Below, piece by piece: positions 1 to 11,401 of a stretch of DNA of 64,000 nt. The position numbers and the translations under genes were made by a program. Within the stretch, counting starts at the first letter, position 1. Each line of letters opens with the position of its first letter. The stretch is taken from contig NC_081365.1 in NCBI RefSeq assembly GCF_030684315.1, forward strand, positions 32,143,394-32,207,393, written 5' to 3'. Below the pieces are notes generated by a model. That model had not been told where the DNA came from. It saw only the letters and a list, made by a program, of their open reading frames with translations, and ran no database searches. Source of the DNA: Stegostoma tigrinum (Eukaryota).

Positions 1-349
1 GCTATTCCCTGGTATTGTGAGGTAGCAGCACTAAACACTGTGCCACCATGCTGCAATGCAAATTACCTGTTCAATTAATCTACCATCTGCTTATTTTCTA
101 CTATAATTCCCTCAGACTCACTTGCTACAGAACCATTTTTATTATTACAGTTGGTTATTATTATTATCTATTTTCATATTTCTAGCCAGTTTCCCCTCAT
201 ACACTCGATTTTCCCACTGATTTTTAGGTCAGTCTTTGTTGCTCTGTTATATGTTCTGTTGAAACTTCTGACCTGCTACCCATTTTTGTGCAATTATACA
301 TATATTCTATTAAAGTTTCATACTATCTCTAACTTTTTTTAGTCATCAC

Positions 350-685
350 AGATTGTGAGTCTTAAATGGGTGCATGTGGCTAGGATATTTACTCTCACAG
401 GAGAATGTAGAACTAGAGATTGCTGCTTCAAATTAAAGGTCACCCATTTAAGTCAGGATAAGCAGAATTCTTTTTCTCTCTCACTGAGTGTCATGGAACT
501 CTCATCCTGAAAAAGTGGTGGATGTAGAGTCCTTGAATATTTTTAAGGGAAAAGTAAATAGATGTTTGATGAGCAGGATCATTGGGTCTATGTGCAGCAA
601 TCAGATCAATCTTACCTTATTGATTTTCAGAGCAGCTTCTAGTGTCTGAATGTTCTACTTTTTTTCCTAATCTTATGCTTGCGTA
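350..685 (+). mobile_element. Degenerate CR1 LINE 3' fragment
   Basis: Similar to the CR1 ORF2 end and 3'UTR seen at 52500-52865. Confidence 0.55.
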
Positions 686-853
686 TTTGCAATTCCTTCC
701 CCAAATTTCTGTTTCTCTACTTCCTTTTCATAATATTTCCCTTAAAAACTTCCCCTTTGACACTTAAAACAAAATGATTTAATTCTTAAGTTCTGCTTTA
801 TGATATGTTATTTGACATAGTTTTCAATGCCTGTCCACAATAATTCTCAACAG

Positions 854-958
854 GTTCTGCCAGCAACAGAGGATTGTGGATATTACCAACAGTTAGTGGC
901 TTAATTGCGTTGATGGTGTGTGTGGTTATTGCAATATTTTGCACATGTACAATTTCAA
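854..958 (+). CDS. Transmembrane exon of an unidentified single-pass membrane protein (upstream exons lie outside the window)
   Basis: Acceptor ctcaacAG ends at 853 and donor GTAAGT starts at 959; 105 nt, phase 1-1. Translates (G)SASNRGLWILPTVSGLIALMVCVVIAIFCTCTIS, a hydrophobic helix with juxtamembrane Cys. Not in the ORF track. Confidence 0.75.
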
Positions 959-1799
959 GTAAGTAGCCACATTTTTCAGATTTAAATCTAACTTTATTTT
1001 AATCCCAAATTGTTTTCTGTAGGTCGTACCTTTGAAATGTTGTACTGTTGTTGGTAATCTGCTCCTCTGTCAGATTGCCTCCTGTTTTTGATTTCCGTTC
1101 CCATAGCGCTTGTTGGCACTTCTGTCACCTCCACCAGATTCAGCCCGTTAAATCTGTTACTGTCTCTGTAGACGCAGCCAAAACCTCCTGACTATTTCTG
1201 GCATTTTCTGTTTTTATTTCACATTTCCAATATCTGCTATAGTTTGGTCTTGTAAAGTATAACTACCTTCATATAGTTCCACTCCTATGTATCTGATCTT
1301 AGTCACACAATCTCTTGTCTTTAAACCCCGTATGACATTCCCCTTCCCTGTCTCTTTCACCTCTTCAATCCAACTTCTTCGACCACCGAGCTCACCTTTC
1401 CTCTGATCCTAGCTTGTTCATTTTCTCTTTCTTTTCTCACTTTTGAAAGTTTTGGCTTCAACTGCTAAGCCCCAATATTTGTCATGTCTTTTATAGAGTC
1501 CTCCAATTTACACTTCTTCATTTAAGGCACTCCTTATAACTTATTTCCTTGAATAAGCTCTAATGACCTGTCCTAATTCCATTTCTTTTGAAGTGGCATT
1601 CTTTATTCTTTGCATTTCTGCAAAATATCTTCAAGCACTGTGAGATGTTAGAGTGTAGTTTCAATATTAAAAGCAACTGAATGACTTGCTCGGTCACTCC
1701 AAAGGGCATTAATTACTCTTGCTATTCAGAAAGCCCAGAAATGTGCTTCAGACATAATTAAATCAATGCATTTTGAGGTGGGTGAGGTAGCAGTTATAT

Positions 1800-2800
1800 A
1801 TGAACAAGGAGTAAGAATAGGCCACTCAGCCCTTTGAGCCTGCTCCGTCATTCAGTGAGATCACCGCTGATCTGATTTTAACCTCAACTCTGCACTTCTG
1901 CATACCCCTGACAATCTTTCACCCTCTTGGTAATCGAGAATCTATCAATCTCTGCCTTAAAAATATTTAAAGATTCTGCATCCACTGCCTTTTGAAGAAG
2001 GGAATTCCAAAGACTCATTGGAGTGAAGAAGGCTGAGAGCTGACTTGATAGAGGCATCGAAGATGATGAGGGGCTTAGACAGAGCGGATAGCCAGAGACT
2101 TTTTCCCAGAGTGGAAATGACTATTATAAGGGGCCATAATTTTATGGCGATTGGAGGAAGATATAGAGGAGATATCAGCGTTCTTTACACAGAAAGTGGT
2201 GGGTACATGGAATGTGCTGCCAGCGATGGTAGTGGAGTCAGATACATCAAGGACACTTAAATGACTCTTGGACATGCTCATGGATGATAGAACAATGTGT
2301 GTATGCAGGGTAGTTTGATCTTAAGGTAGGATAATAGGCCGCCACAACATCGTGGGCCAAATGATCTTTATACCTTTTGTAGAGAAGAACTCAGGGTTTC
2401 TTTTAGTGGCTTGAGAAGTATTTATCCCTCAACAAACATCATTAAAACATAGAATTATCACGGCTGTCATCGGTTGACTCTACATGGAACCTTTTCCTTT
2501 AATTGCTTTAATGGGAGGTCTTACAGTGTAGTCATAATGGTGAAGGTTGAAGAAGAAGGAAACATTTCTTCACCCACAGAATGGTGAGCCTATGGAATTC
2601 ACTACCACAGGAAGTGGTTAAGGCCAAAACATTGTTTTTTTTTTCAGGAAGGAGTTTGACATAGCCCTTGTGGTTAAAGACATCGAGAGATATGGAGGGA
2701 TTAGAGTATTGATCTCGATGATCTGCCACAATCATATTGATTGATGGATCAAGCTCGAGGAGTTGAATGGCCTACTTCTGCTCTTATTTTCTATCTTTTT
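1800..2800. mobile_element. Cluster of CR1 3' fragments (- at about 1800-2018; + at about 2020-2375 and 2525-2800), intronic
   Basis: RRLR.DLIE..K.MRGLDR.D..RLFP remnants and gaatggcctacttctgctc 3' tails. Confidence 0.7.
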
Positions 2801-3190
2801 ATGAAGATCTGGGTTTCAGTGCCATGTTGGAACTTGTTGGCCACGGCAGGAGCTCTGGTTCAACAGATTGGTAATGAGCCTGGGAATCCTTTCTTTACTT
2901 TCTCATTAGTCCCCAAAGGGTAAAACATTAGTGTGAAGTTATATTCAAAAAGAAGTTACTTCATAGCACGTTTATGGCATTTTATGTTTTCATTTCAGAT
3001 TTCTGAAACTGCATTTTTTCTTCTATGTTTGCTATTTAACAAACATTTCTATCAACATATTAAAGTTATCTTCTTTCAATATTGAAGCAAGCTCTGCACA
3101 TTGCTGTTGACTTTATTTTCCTTATTACAATCTTTGATTTCTTTTGATTATTAAGCTTCTCTAAATGTTTTCCTGTTTGTTTTGCTGCAG

Positions 3191-3315
3191 AAAAAGATGC
3201 TTCATCATTAAAGAAAGCAGCTGACCCTGAAAGTGAACAGCATGCGAGAGGAGAACTAAACAATGACGATAATGTCGTCTACTCACTGCTAGGCCAATAC
3301 CCTTGCAATAATTGA
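3191..3315 (+). CDS. Terminal cytoplasmic exon with ITIM, same gene as 854-958
   Basis: Pyrimidine-rich acceptor tttgtttttgctgcAG ends at 3190. Phase 1 joins the TM exon in frame: KKDASSLKKAADPESEQHARGELNNDDNVVYSLLGQYPCNN*. VxYxxL at 3274-3291, TGA at 3313-3315. Confidence 0.7.
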
Positions 3316-3437
3316 GCTGACAATCTATTTCATCAAAGGCTTTCTATAGCATTATTCAAAATGTTTCAAGGCTCCTGTGCAATTCTGGCATGAACATTAC
3401 AAAAACTGTTCACCCATTCTTAAAGTTGATGTCAACT

Positions 3438-3443
3438 AATAAA
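3438..3443 (+). promoter_or_regulatory. Candidate polyadenylation signal of the ITIM-bearing gene
   Basis: AATAAA about 120 nt after the stop codon. Confidence 0.35.
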
Positions 3444-5378
3444 ACTTCACTAACAGGCTGTAATTTTGAGAATCAGAAAGTGTAACAGTGAATGGGAGAC
3501 ACAAAACACAGAGATAGATCTCTGCTGCACTTTCCCATGCGATCAAATGAGATACAAAAGACCTTTCAGTTTTGTAAATGCAAAACATGATAGAAATTGA
3601 AGATCTGTTAATCCACTGTATCCATTCTTCCTGATAATTCTATACTTATCATTAAATCCCATGTACCTTTATATTATGCGGAATTACATTAAGCTCTGAA
3701 TAATTATGACTTGAAATAATTTGTTGCTATCCACAGATTTAAGCAAACTGTATTGTGACAGTTGTGGAAGTGCTACCTGCTGCTGCCTCACTTCCTGACC
3801 GCAATAGCCGTCCCCCTACTGGAAGGAACTGCTGCTTTCTGCTCCTTGCTGCTCACTGTGACTGCATTTTTCATTGGATTTCCCTGCTCTGTTCTGTCTT
3901 TATTGCCATTTCCAAGAGATGAGAAATGGAGGTGGTGATAGGCCCAAAAATATGGGGTGGGGGTTTGGTGGGGTGGGGGTGTGTGTGATATTTTCCAAAT
4001 TGAACAAAAGTGCATGGAATTGCTGCATTGTATTTTAAGCAACAGATTGCAAGTTTTCAGTGGCCACAGCCTCCAGTCTGGATAACTCTGCCTTGGCTCC
4101 CCCAGCGAACATCTCAAATTTGTATCTATTTACAAAGTCTCAGTTTACCATTACTTCCATCTATTGGTGCAACCTTTGTGAGATAAGAACTGTTTTTTTG
4201 CTGAGAAAAAATTCTGTGATGAACATACATTGTGAAGACAAAAATCAAAGGTGTTGTAGAAATAACACAGTAAAGTGAAAACTATGTCAGCAAAAAAGGA
4301 GGAGGCTGTCCTCAATGATCTAGGAGGTGGGAAACAGCTTCTTTCACCTGCAGGAAACCTTATCCAAGTGGATTCATCTAGCTCTGCTTTATCAAGTGTT
4401 AACAAGTTGTGAATAGATACTGACCATAGAATTTATATGAGAATGAGGTTACTTGAGCCAATCAGCATTTAATTCCACTCAAACCTCCTTCTAACTTTCT
4501 TTATTTAACTTTATCCACAAATCCTTCTCCCTGACCTAATGTACTTACATAGCCTTCCATTAAATGTATCTGTGAGCTGAATTTTATGCCTTTTTTGGTT
4601 AAATCCATGTTGCATCCTATTTTCTGATGCCGGAAAACCATGGTGGTCGAAAATCAGCCGTGGTTCCATTGAATGGCACAGCAGGAGCAAGGGCCAAATG
4701 GCTCAATCCCGCTCCTGCTTCTTATGGTTGTATATGTGCAGACTCTCTTTAATAGGCAGCGAACATTGAAAAAGAACAAACTGCCTGGGTCATGCAAACT
4801 GCACACAGTATTGACAGGATCTTGTGTTCAGAGTCTGTAGGCAGGTTGGCAAACTAGGACTCAATGCTAGAGCTGAATGGGCTACACAAAAATCATGCAG
4901 AAGAAGTGTAAAGCAAAAATGGCATTGTCCCATTGCTCTGCAGGGATATAGGCAGGTTGTGATTCAAGGATTATGATCTCCATGCCGATAATTTGGCCAA
5001 AGTAATTTTCTGATTATGCAGTTAACTACTGATTTTCAAGACACCTATTAGCTCATTCCTTAGCCTTTCTCATCTCCAAATGAAAAATATCTGACCTTGA
5101 TGGCACCGTCTTCGGTTCCTTTCTTATTTTTACATTAAATGCCATATACAACACATACTGATATCGTATATAACCCAATACAGTGCAGTATAAATTCTGT
5201 TCCTCTCAGTTTTCAATCCTCCTTGAAATATAATATCTTCAATTCTGATGATTAATTTTAAATGTTAAATCCAGATTAATAAATTGGCATCGGTCTCCGT
5301 ACAATGGAGAGCATCATATTAAAAGGGCAATGATGAAAGGGTTTTCTCCAAACTTAACGAATAAAAGGAGTAAAATGT

Positions 5379-5599
5379 ATATAGGACGTCCACGATTTAT
5401 GAACATCTGACTTATGAATGCTTGTACTTATGATTGCAATCCTATACAGTAGTGTCATATTAAAGATCTGACATTTGAACATTCCCTGTGCTTATATAAA
5501 TTCTTTTATAGTGTTATGCATTGTGTTCTGACTTGCCTATGAATTATCTTGTGAATGAGCTCAAGAACTGAAACGATTTGCATCCCAGGATGGTTTGTA
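5379..5599. mobile_element. Degenerate Tigger/pogo-like non-autonomous DNA transposon
   Basis: TA-flanked, with repeated (g)acttatgaa subterminal motifs and loosely inverted ends. Confidence 0.4.
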
Positions 5600-5973
5600 A
5601 TTGTTCAAATATATTTTGCTTAGTTCTCAAGACACATTAATCTAGAAATTCAGCCATAAAGGCTCCAATATCTGTGTGCTAGCAGACCTGTGAAACACCA
5701 ATGCAGAGGGCAGGGAACATACACAGATTTTCAGCCTGTAGAGTACTTGCCACAACACCTCATTTTGATATTATGCTTTTGCATTTTGTGAATGAGGGGC
5801 AAAAATTGTTTGAGGACCCCATTGTAAGATTGGTTGACAAAAAAAAAATCAATGGAAGCAACTGTTGTATAAAGTAGTGGCTCTTGGAGAGTGAATGATG
5901 AGCTGTATTGAGTTCCACCAAACCTGCTGATGTCTCAATCTTTTGGTGGAGAAACAGGTAGACTTGCATGAGA

Positions 5974-7295
5974 GATAATGGGAACTGCAGATGCTGGAGA
6001 TTCCAAGATAATAAAATGTGAGGCTGGATGAACACAGCAGGCCAAGCAGCATCTCAGGAGCACAAAAGCTGACGTTTCGGGCCTAGACCCTTCATCAGAG
6101 AGGGGGATGGGGGGAGGGAACTGGAATAAATAGGGAGAGAGGGGGAGGCGGACCGAAGATGGAGAGTAAAGAAGATAGGTGGAGAGGGTGTAGGTGGGGA
6201 GGTAGGGAGGGGATAGGTCAGTCCAGGGAAGACGGACAGGTCAAGGAGGTGGGATGAGGTTAGTAGGTAGATGGGGGTGCGGCTTGGGGTGGGAGGAAGG
6301 GATGGGTGAGAGGAAGAACCAGTTAGGGAGGCAGAGACAGGTTGGACTGGTTTTGGGATGCAGTGGGTGGGGGGGAAGAGCTGGGCTGGTTGTGTGGTGC
6401 AGTGGGGGGAGGGGATGAACTGGGCTGGTTTAGGGATGCAGTGGGGGAAGGGGAGATTTTGAAACTGGTGAAGTCCACATTGATACCATATGGCTGCAGG
6501 GTTCCCAGGCGGAATATGAGTTGCTGTTCCTGCAACCTTCGGGTGGCATCATTGTGGCAGTGCAGGAGGCCCATGATGGACATGTCATCAAGAGAATGGG
6601 AGGGGGAGTGGAAATGGTTTGCGACTGGGAGGTGCAGTTGTTTTTTGCGAACTGAGCGGAGGTGTTCTGCAAAGCGGTCCCCAAGCCTCCGCTTGGTTTC
6701 CCCAATGTAGAGGAAGCCGCACCGGGTACAGTGGATGCAGTATACCACATTGGCAGATGTGCAGGTGAACCTCTGCTTAATGTGGAATGTCATCTTGGGG
6801 CCTGGGATGGGGGTGAGGGAGGAGGTGTGGGGACAAGTGTAGCATTTCCTGCGGTTGCAGGGGAAGGTGCCGGGTGTGGTGGGGTTGGAGGGCAGTGTGG
6901 AGCGAACAAGGGAGTCACGGAGAGAGTGGTCTCTCCGGAAAGCAGACAGGGGAGGGGATGGAAAAATGTCTTGGGTGGTGGGGTCGGATTGTAAATGGCG
7001 GAAGTGTCGGAGGATAATGCGTTGTATCCGGAGGTTGGTAGGGTGGTGTGTGAGAACGAGGGGGATCCTCTTGGGGCGGTTGTGGCGGGGGCGGGGTGTG
7101 AGGGATGTGTCGCGGGAAATGCGGGAGACGCGGTCAAGGGCGTTCTCAATCACCGTGGGGGGAAAGTTGCGGTCCTTAAAGAACTTGGACATCTGGGATG
7201 TGCGGGAGTGGAATGTCTTATCGTGGGAGCAGATGCGGCGGAGGCGGAGGAATTGGGAATAGGGGATGGAATTTTTGCAGGAGGGTGGGTGGGAG
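5974..7295 (-). mobile_element. Young 5'-truncated Penelope-like retroelement (Neptune-type) with 13-bp TSD
   Basis: Open 289-aa ORF (6323-7192) with Cys linker FPCNRRKCYTC and GIY-YIG endonuclease VVYCIHCTRCGFLYIGETKRRL..RFAEH. GACTTGCATGAGA is repeated at 5961-5973 and 7296-7308. Confidence 0.92.
6069..6100 (-). ncRNA. Minimal type I hammerhead ribozyme motif in PLE terminal repeat
   Basis: Minus strand ctCTGATGAagggtctaggcccGAAAcgTCag: intact CUGAUGA, GAAA and GUC cores, stem II, palindromic stem III. Confidence 0.75.
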
Positions 7296-7570
7296 GACTT
7301 GCATGAGATCCTGATGGAGACTGAAACAACACGCCTGCCTTGTGATAGCTTGAGCTGTGCTTAATTTTTTAATGTCAATTTAACTGACTTATTTCAATAA
7401 ACTACATTTTGTTATGTCAGACAAGTACCTCTTCTTGTTAAGACTTTATAGCAGTCCATGCTCTATCATTGATTATACACATACTCTTACACTCAGTGTG
7501 GAAAGGGGCATTAGTGGTAGTGAAGTATCTCAATAGCAAGCCACCAGTGATTGGTAACCAAAAGATAAAA

Positions 7571-8329
7571 GGTTGCAGACTTGCTCACCAAGACGGTGTG
7601 TTTGATTGCAGACGTTTCGTTACCCTGCTAGATAACATCGTCAGTGAGCCTCTGGTGAAGCGTTGGTGCTCTGCCCCACTTGTTATTTATATGCCTCAGT
7701 TTGCTGGGGTGGCTGGTATTACTTCTGACTCAGTTGCTCATTGGTTTGTATATTGGGTCCAGTTCAATGTGTTTGTTGATGGAGTTCCAGTTGGGATGCC
7801 AGGCCTCCAGGAATTCCCTGGTATGTCTTTGTTTGGCTCGTGCTATTATGGATGTGTTGTCCAGTTGAATTTGTGTCCTTTGTTGGTGTGTGTTGAGACC
7901 AGTATCTCTTGGTAGCTGGTTGGCGTTTGTGTATCCTCATTGTCAGTTTTCTTCCAGTTTGGTCTATGTAATATTTCTCACAGTCCTTGCATGGTATTTT
8001 GTATATTACTTAAGTTTTATTGGCTGTGGGTATCGGATCCTTTATGTTCATCAGTAGCTGTTGCGGGGTGCTTGTTGGTTTGTGGGTTACCCTGATACCT
8101 AGGGGTCTGAGAAGTCTTGTGATCATCTCTGATATGTCTCTGATGTACAGTAGGATGGCTAGTGTGTCTGGCTGTGTCGTATCATCTTGTTGTGGTCTGC
8201 CTTGGAGGTAACATTACTGACTGATGTTACCTATCAGGGTGATGAAACGTCTACAATCAAACACACCAGCTTGGCAAGCAAGTCTGCAACCTGATCCACA
8301 ACCCAAGCTACAAATCTGCTCAAAAACAG
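7571..8329 (-). mobile_element. Poseidon/Penelope-type PLE fragment with inverted terminal repeat and 9-bp TSD
   Basis: Minus-strand VIYKIPCKDCEKYYIDQTGRKL..RIH (GIY-YIG remnant near 7920-8010). 7571-7646 recurs inverted at about 8213-8291. AAGATAAAA at 7562-7570 and 8330-8338. Confidence 0.8.
7609..7646 (-). ncRNA. Minimal hammerhead ribozyme motif (second PLE family)
   Basis: caCTGACGAtgttatctagcagggtaacGAAAcgTCtg: 6-bp stem II of different sequence, same catalytic core. Confidence 0.7.
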
Positions 8330-8869
8330 AAGATAAAACAATAACATTCAGCAGTGATATAAATTAGCTTCCAAATTGCAATTACCATTTTATATTAGCA
8401 CCCAAAGGGGAAACTATGCCCTCTTTAATAAGCTAAAGACTAATTAAAAGAGATTTTGTTTATGAAGTTAGATTTGAAATGTAATTAGCAAAAGAAATGC
8501 AAAGATCTAATTAGTGTAAAGGTGAAATCCATAACAATGGGCCAAATATCATGCTTTTTCAGCCAAGTGCGAGTTGCACTAAAATTTTGTAGATAATCTT
8601 GTTGTGAGACCCAAGTTTTCTTACTGTTATTGTAACAAACTTGCCAAAATAATTGCTGACACTTCCCCAATGGTGTCTTGCTGGATTATCACCCCAACCT
8701 ACCATGTGCTGCTCCCAATCAACGCATCACTCAGCAAATATCCATCATAAGGCCAGCTTCTGACCAAGGCTCTTCTGAAAGTCCACAATACTCCAGGAGG
8801 AGCGATGATATCAGCAGTTGCGCTGCTTTTTTTTGGACACTGTGAGAAGAGATCACTGGGGAGGGAAAG

Positions 8870-9075
8870 ATGCCAATGTGTTTCTTTGACAAAGTCCTGG
8901 AAAGCCTTTTCGAGGAGTGATGCGACAAACAGGTGTCTTCTGGAGAACTGTCAGAAGAGGCAATGCCACCAGACACAGCCTGGTTAGAGCTCACCACCCA
9001 GCTCAGTGTCATACCGAGGGTGAAGAGAACTAGGCTGCATTGCCAAAAGAGTTCAATTGATCTTCTCTGTCCCTT
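8870..9075 (+). mobile_element. PIF/Harbinger Myb/SANT-like ORF remnant
   Basis: FFDKVLESLFEE*...AWLELTTQLSVIPRVKRTRLHCQKSSIDLL resembles the F.D..LE.L...AW.EVA..VS....RT..QC.KR..DL pattern; contains an in-frame stop. Confidence 0.5.
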
Positions 9076-10570
9076 CAGGGGAGGTGCTGCATCCTGCATT
9101 CATTTCCCTCACATTCACTCTATCTCAGTGACTGCACCCACCTACCTCCAGGCTCATGCTGACCTCCCTTTTTGTGGTTTGTAGTAGCCTCCCTCGCACC
9201 GTCATTATCTACCATCCTCTCACAATATCAACCCTGAATCAGCTTCATGTTGTGTTCTCGCTCCTTAATAGGAAAAATTTAAAGGGTTGGATAGCATGTG
9301 CAGCAGCAGTCAGAAGCAGGTTCCATTAATACTTGCTAATCTTTGTTAAAGCCAGTTCTGTGACTTTAATTGCTGTTCTTTTATCCTAATATATGACTGG
9401 TCCGGCCATTGGTTGTCAAAGCCTTGAGCTGCCTGACCTTCCGTTATGGCCTGTTAGTATCTTTCTAGCCATTGTTGCAACAGACCCTGGGACATTCTCT
9501 GCTGGTTGCCCTCTTCTCTGTCGCTGCATCAAAACGTATTTGGTGCATGAGACCCATCCCTCTGTCTGAAGTGAACTGCAAGTAGAAGGCTGGTAAAGAT
9601 GTGGCCAGCGTTTTCTACTTGGCCTTTGTTTTTGACTTGCTGGATATGGACAATTAGGAAGGGCATTGCTGTTAGTCAATCACAGCTGGTCTCCACCCAC
9701 CATACTGTAGCCAATCCACATGTTGACGTGGACTCCTTTCCCTGCTGCAGCACCTTTAACCTGGCCATAAACACTCTGACTGGGAGCTGCAAGTCATCAC
9801 CCTGCATCTGCCTTTTGACCTTTTCATTTCCCCTGATTCTTGTTCTCCTTGATTTTCCCAATCTCACTACTGAACCGCTCTCAAGCATCCTTAATCTCCC
9901 CCCATCAGGCTTGACTTGCATTCAGCAGAGACTGGCTACCCCTCTACAGTTCAACTCCGTTCCTCTGTCCCTCACTACCCTTCTTAGGGCTGCTATGACC
10001 TAACCACCCTCCTTCCTTGGGCAGCCATGCTGTGACGCCACTGGACAGCATCCACCTGTCTTTTCTCAGCTAATCATTTCCTAACCTCCCTGGGTATCCA
10101 TCACTCCACTCAACAGCTCAATCTCCTCTCACTTGGTACAACAAAGTTTCTTTCACGACAAACAACTCCTACTGACTCCAAGTCCATCAGGGAGAACACC
10201 TCATTTGTTGAATGCCACAGTCATGAATCTGATTGCATGAGTTTCTCATTTGCTATTTACTGGCACAAATTTAATCTGACTGTCTCATGTTCCAGTGAGA
10301 ATGCAAATGTAATAGAATAGGTTCCTGACATTTAACAACAAGTTCCTTCAACTTATCACCAACCAGACTGCCAAGTTTCACTCCATTGTCAGGAAGCTGA
10401 CATTTTGTCTCATGCATGATGAAATGTATAGCCCATCTTGTCCCTGCAACATTAAATTCCACCCTTCATGATATGAGTTCACAAATTAGTGAGAGGGATG
10501 TATGGTGTTGTGAGCTCCCATGTGCTTTTGCATTTATGGAATCATACAGAATAGAAAAGGCCCCACAAGT

Positions 10571-10865
10571 CAGCGCAGTGGCTCAGTGATTAGCACTGCA
10601 GCCTCACAGCACCAGGGACCCAGGTTCGATTCCAACCTCTGGTGACTGTCTGTGTGGAGCTTGCACGTTCTCCCCGTATCTGTGTGGGTTTCCTCTCACA
10701 CTCCAAAGATGTGCAGGCTAGGTGGATCGGCCATGTTAAATTGCCCATAGTGTTCAGGGGCAAGTGGGTTATAGGGGGATGGGTCTGGGTGGGATGTTTT
10801 AAGAGGCGGTATGGACTTGTTGGGCCAAAGGGCCTGTTTCCACACTGAAAGGAATCTAATCTAAA
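10571..10865 (+). mobile_element. HE1-type tRNA-derived SINE
   Basis: A box tggctcagtga, B box ggttcgattcc (10623-10633), body gactgtctgtgtggag..gcacgttctcc, CR1-like tail ending aatctaatctaa. Confidence 0.85.
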
Positions 10866-11401
10866 TCTCTACCACTAAATCTACACTTTAGTCCCAAGTT
10901 CCAGCACTAGGCCCATAGCTTTGAGTATTACAATCTTTCATATGCTCACCATGCATTTCTTAAAGGCTGTGAAGTTTAAAGGCAGTACATTCCAGACCCC
11001 CAGGTCCAGGTGAAAACCATCTTCCTCAAAAACCCTCTAAACCTCCTGGGCCTTTCACTTTGAAATTTCCCCCCTCGGTTGAGCCCAGAACACAAACTGG
11101 AAGAATACATGCAGAGATGTCCTTGAGCTGAGATGATGGGCCTCCCACAACGACAACTATATTCCTTTGTGGCAGGTATACCTCAAATCAGTGAAACAGG
11201 TTTCTCCTTGATTCTCATTCATTCCAGTTTTGTTAGGGCTCCTTGATGCCACATTTAATTAAACACAACCTTGATGTCAAGGGAAGTCACTCTCACCTGA
11301 CATCTGGAATTCACCTTTTCTGTCCATGGTTAAACTAAAACTTTAATGAGGGCAGAAACTGATGGCCCTAGTGGAGCCTAACTAAGTATCAGTGAACAGA
11401 T

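Noticed and set aside
940-948. CTC (Cys-Thr-Cys) as a CD4/CD8-type Lck-binding CxC motif
   Set aside because: It sits at the TM boundary without the basic spacer seen in CD4/CD8; palmitoylation is the simpler reading.
6323-7192. 289-aa ORF as a host GIY-YIG gene
   Set aside because: It lies in a TSD-flanked, 5'-truncated PLE with several paralogous copies in the window and has no RT catalytic core.
6342-7332. Overlapping Pro/Gly/Ser-rich ORFs on both strands (also 11423-12546 and 15735-17158)
   Set aside because: Alternative-frame and antisense shadows of GC-skewed PLE sequence.
10571-10640. tRNA gene
   Set aside because: The A and B boxes belong to a SINE head that continues into the HE1 body; no complete cloverleaf.
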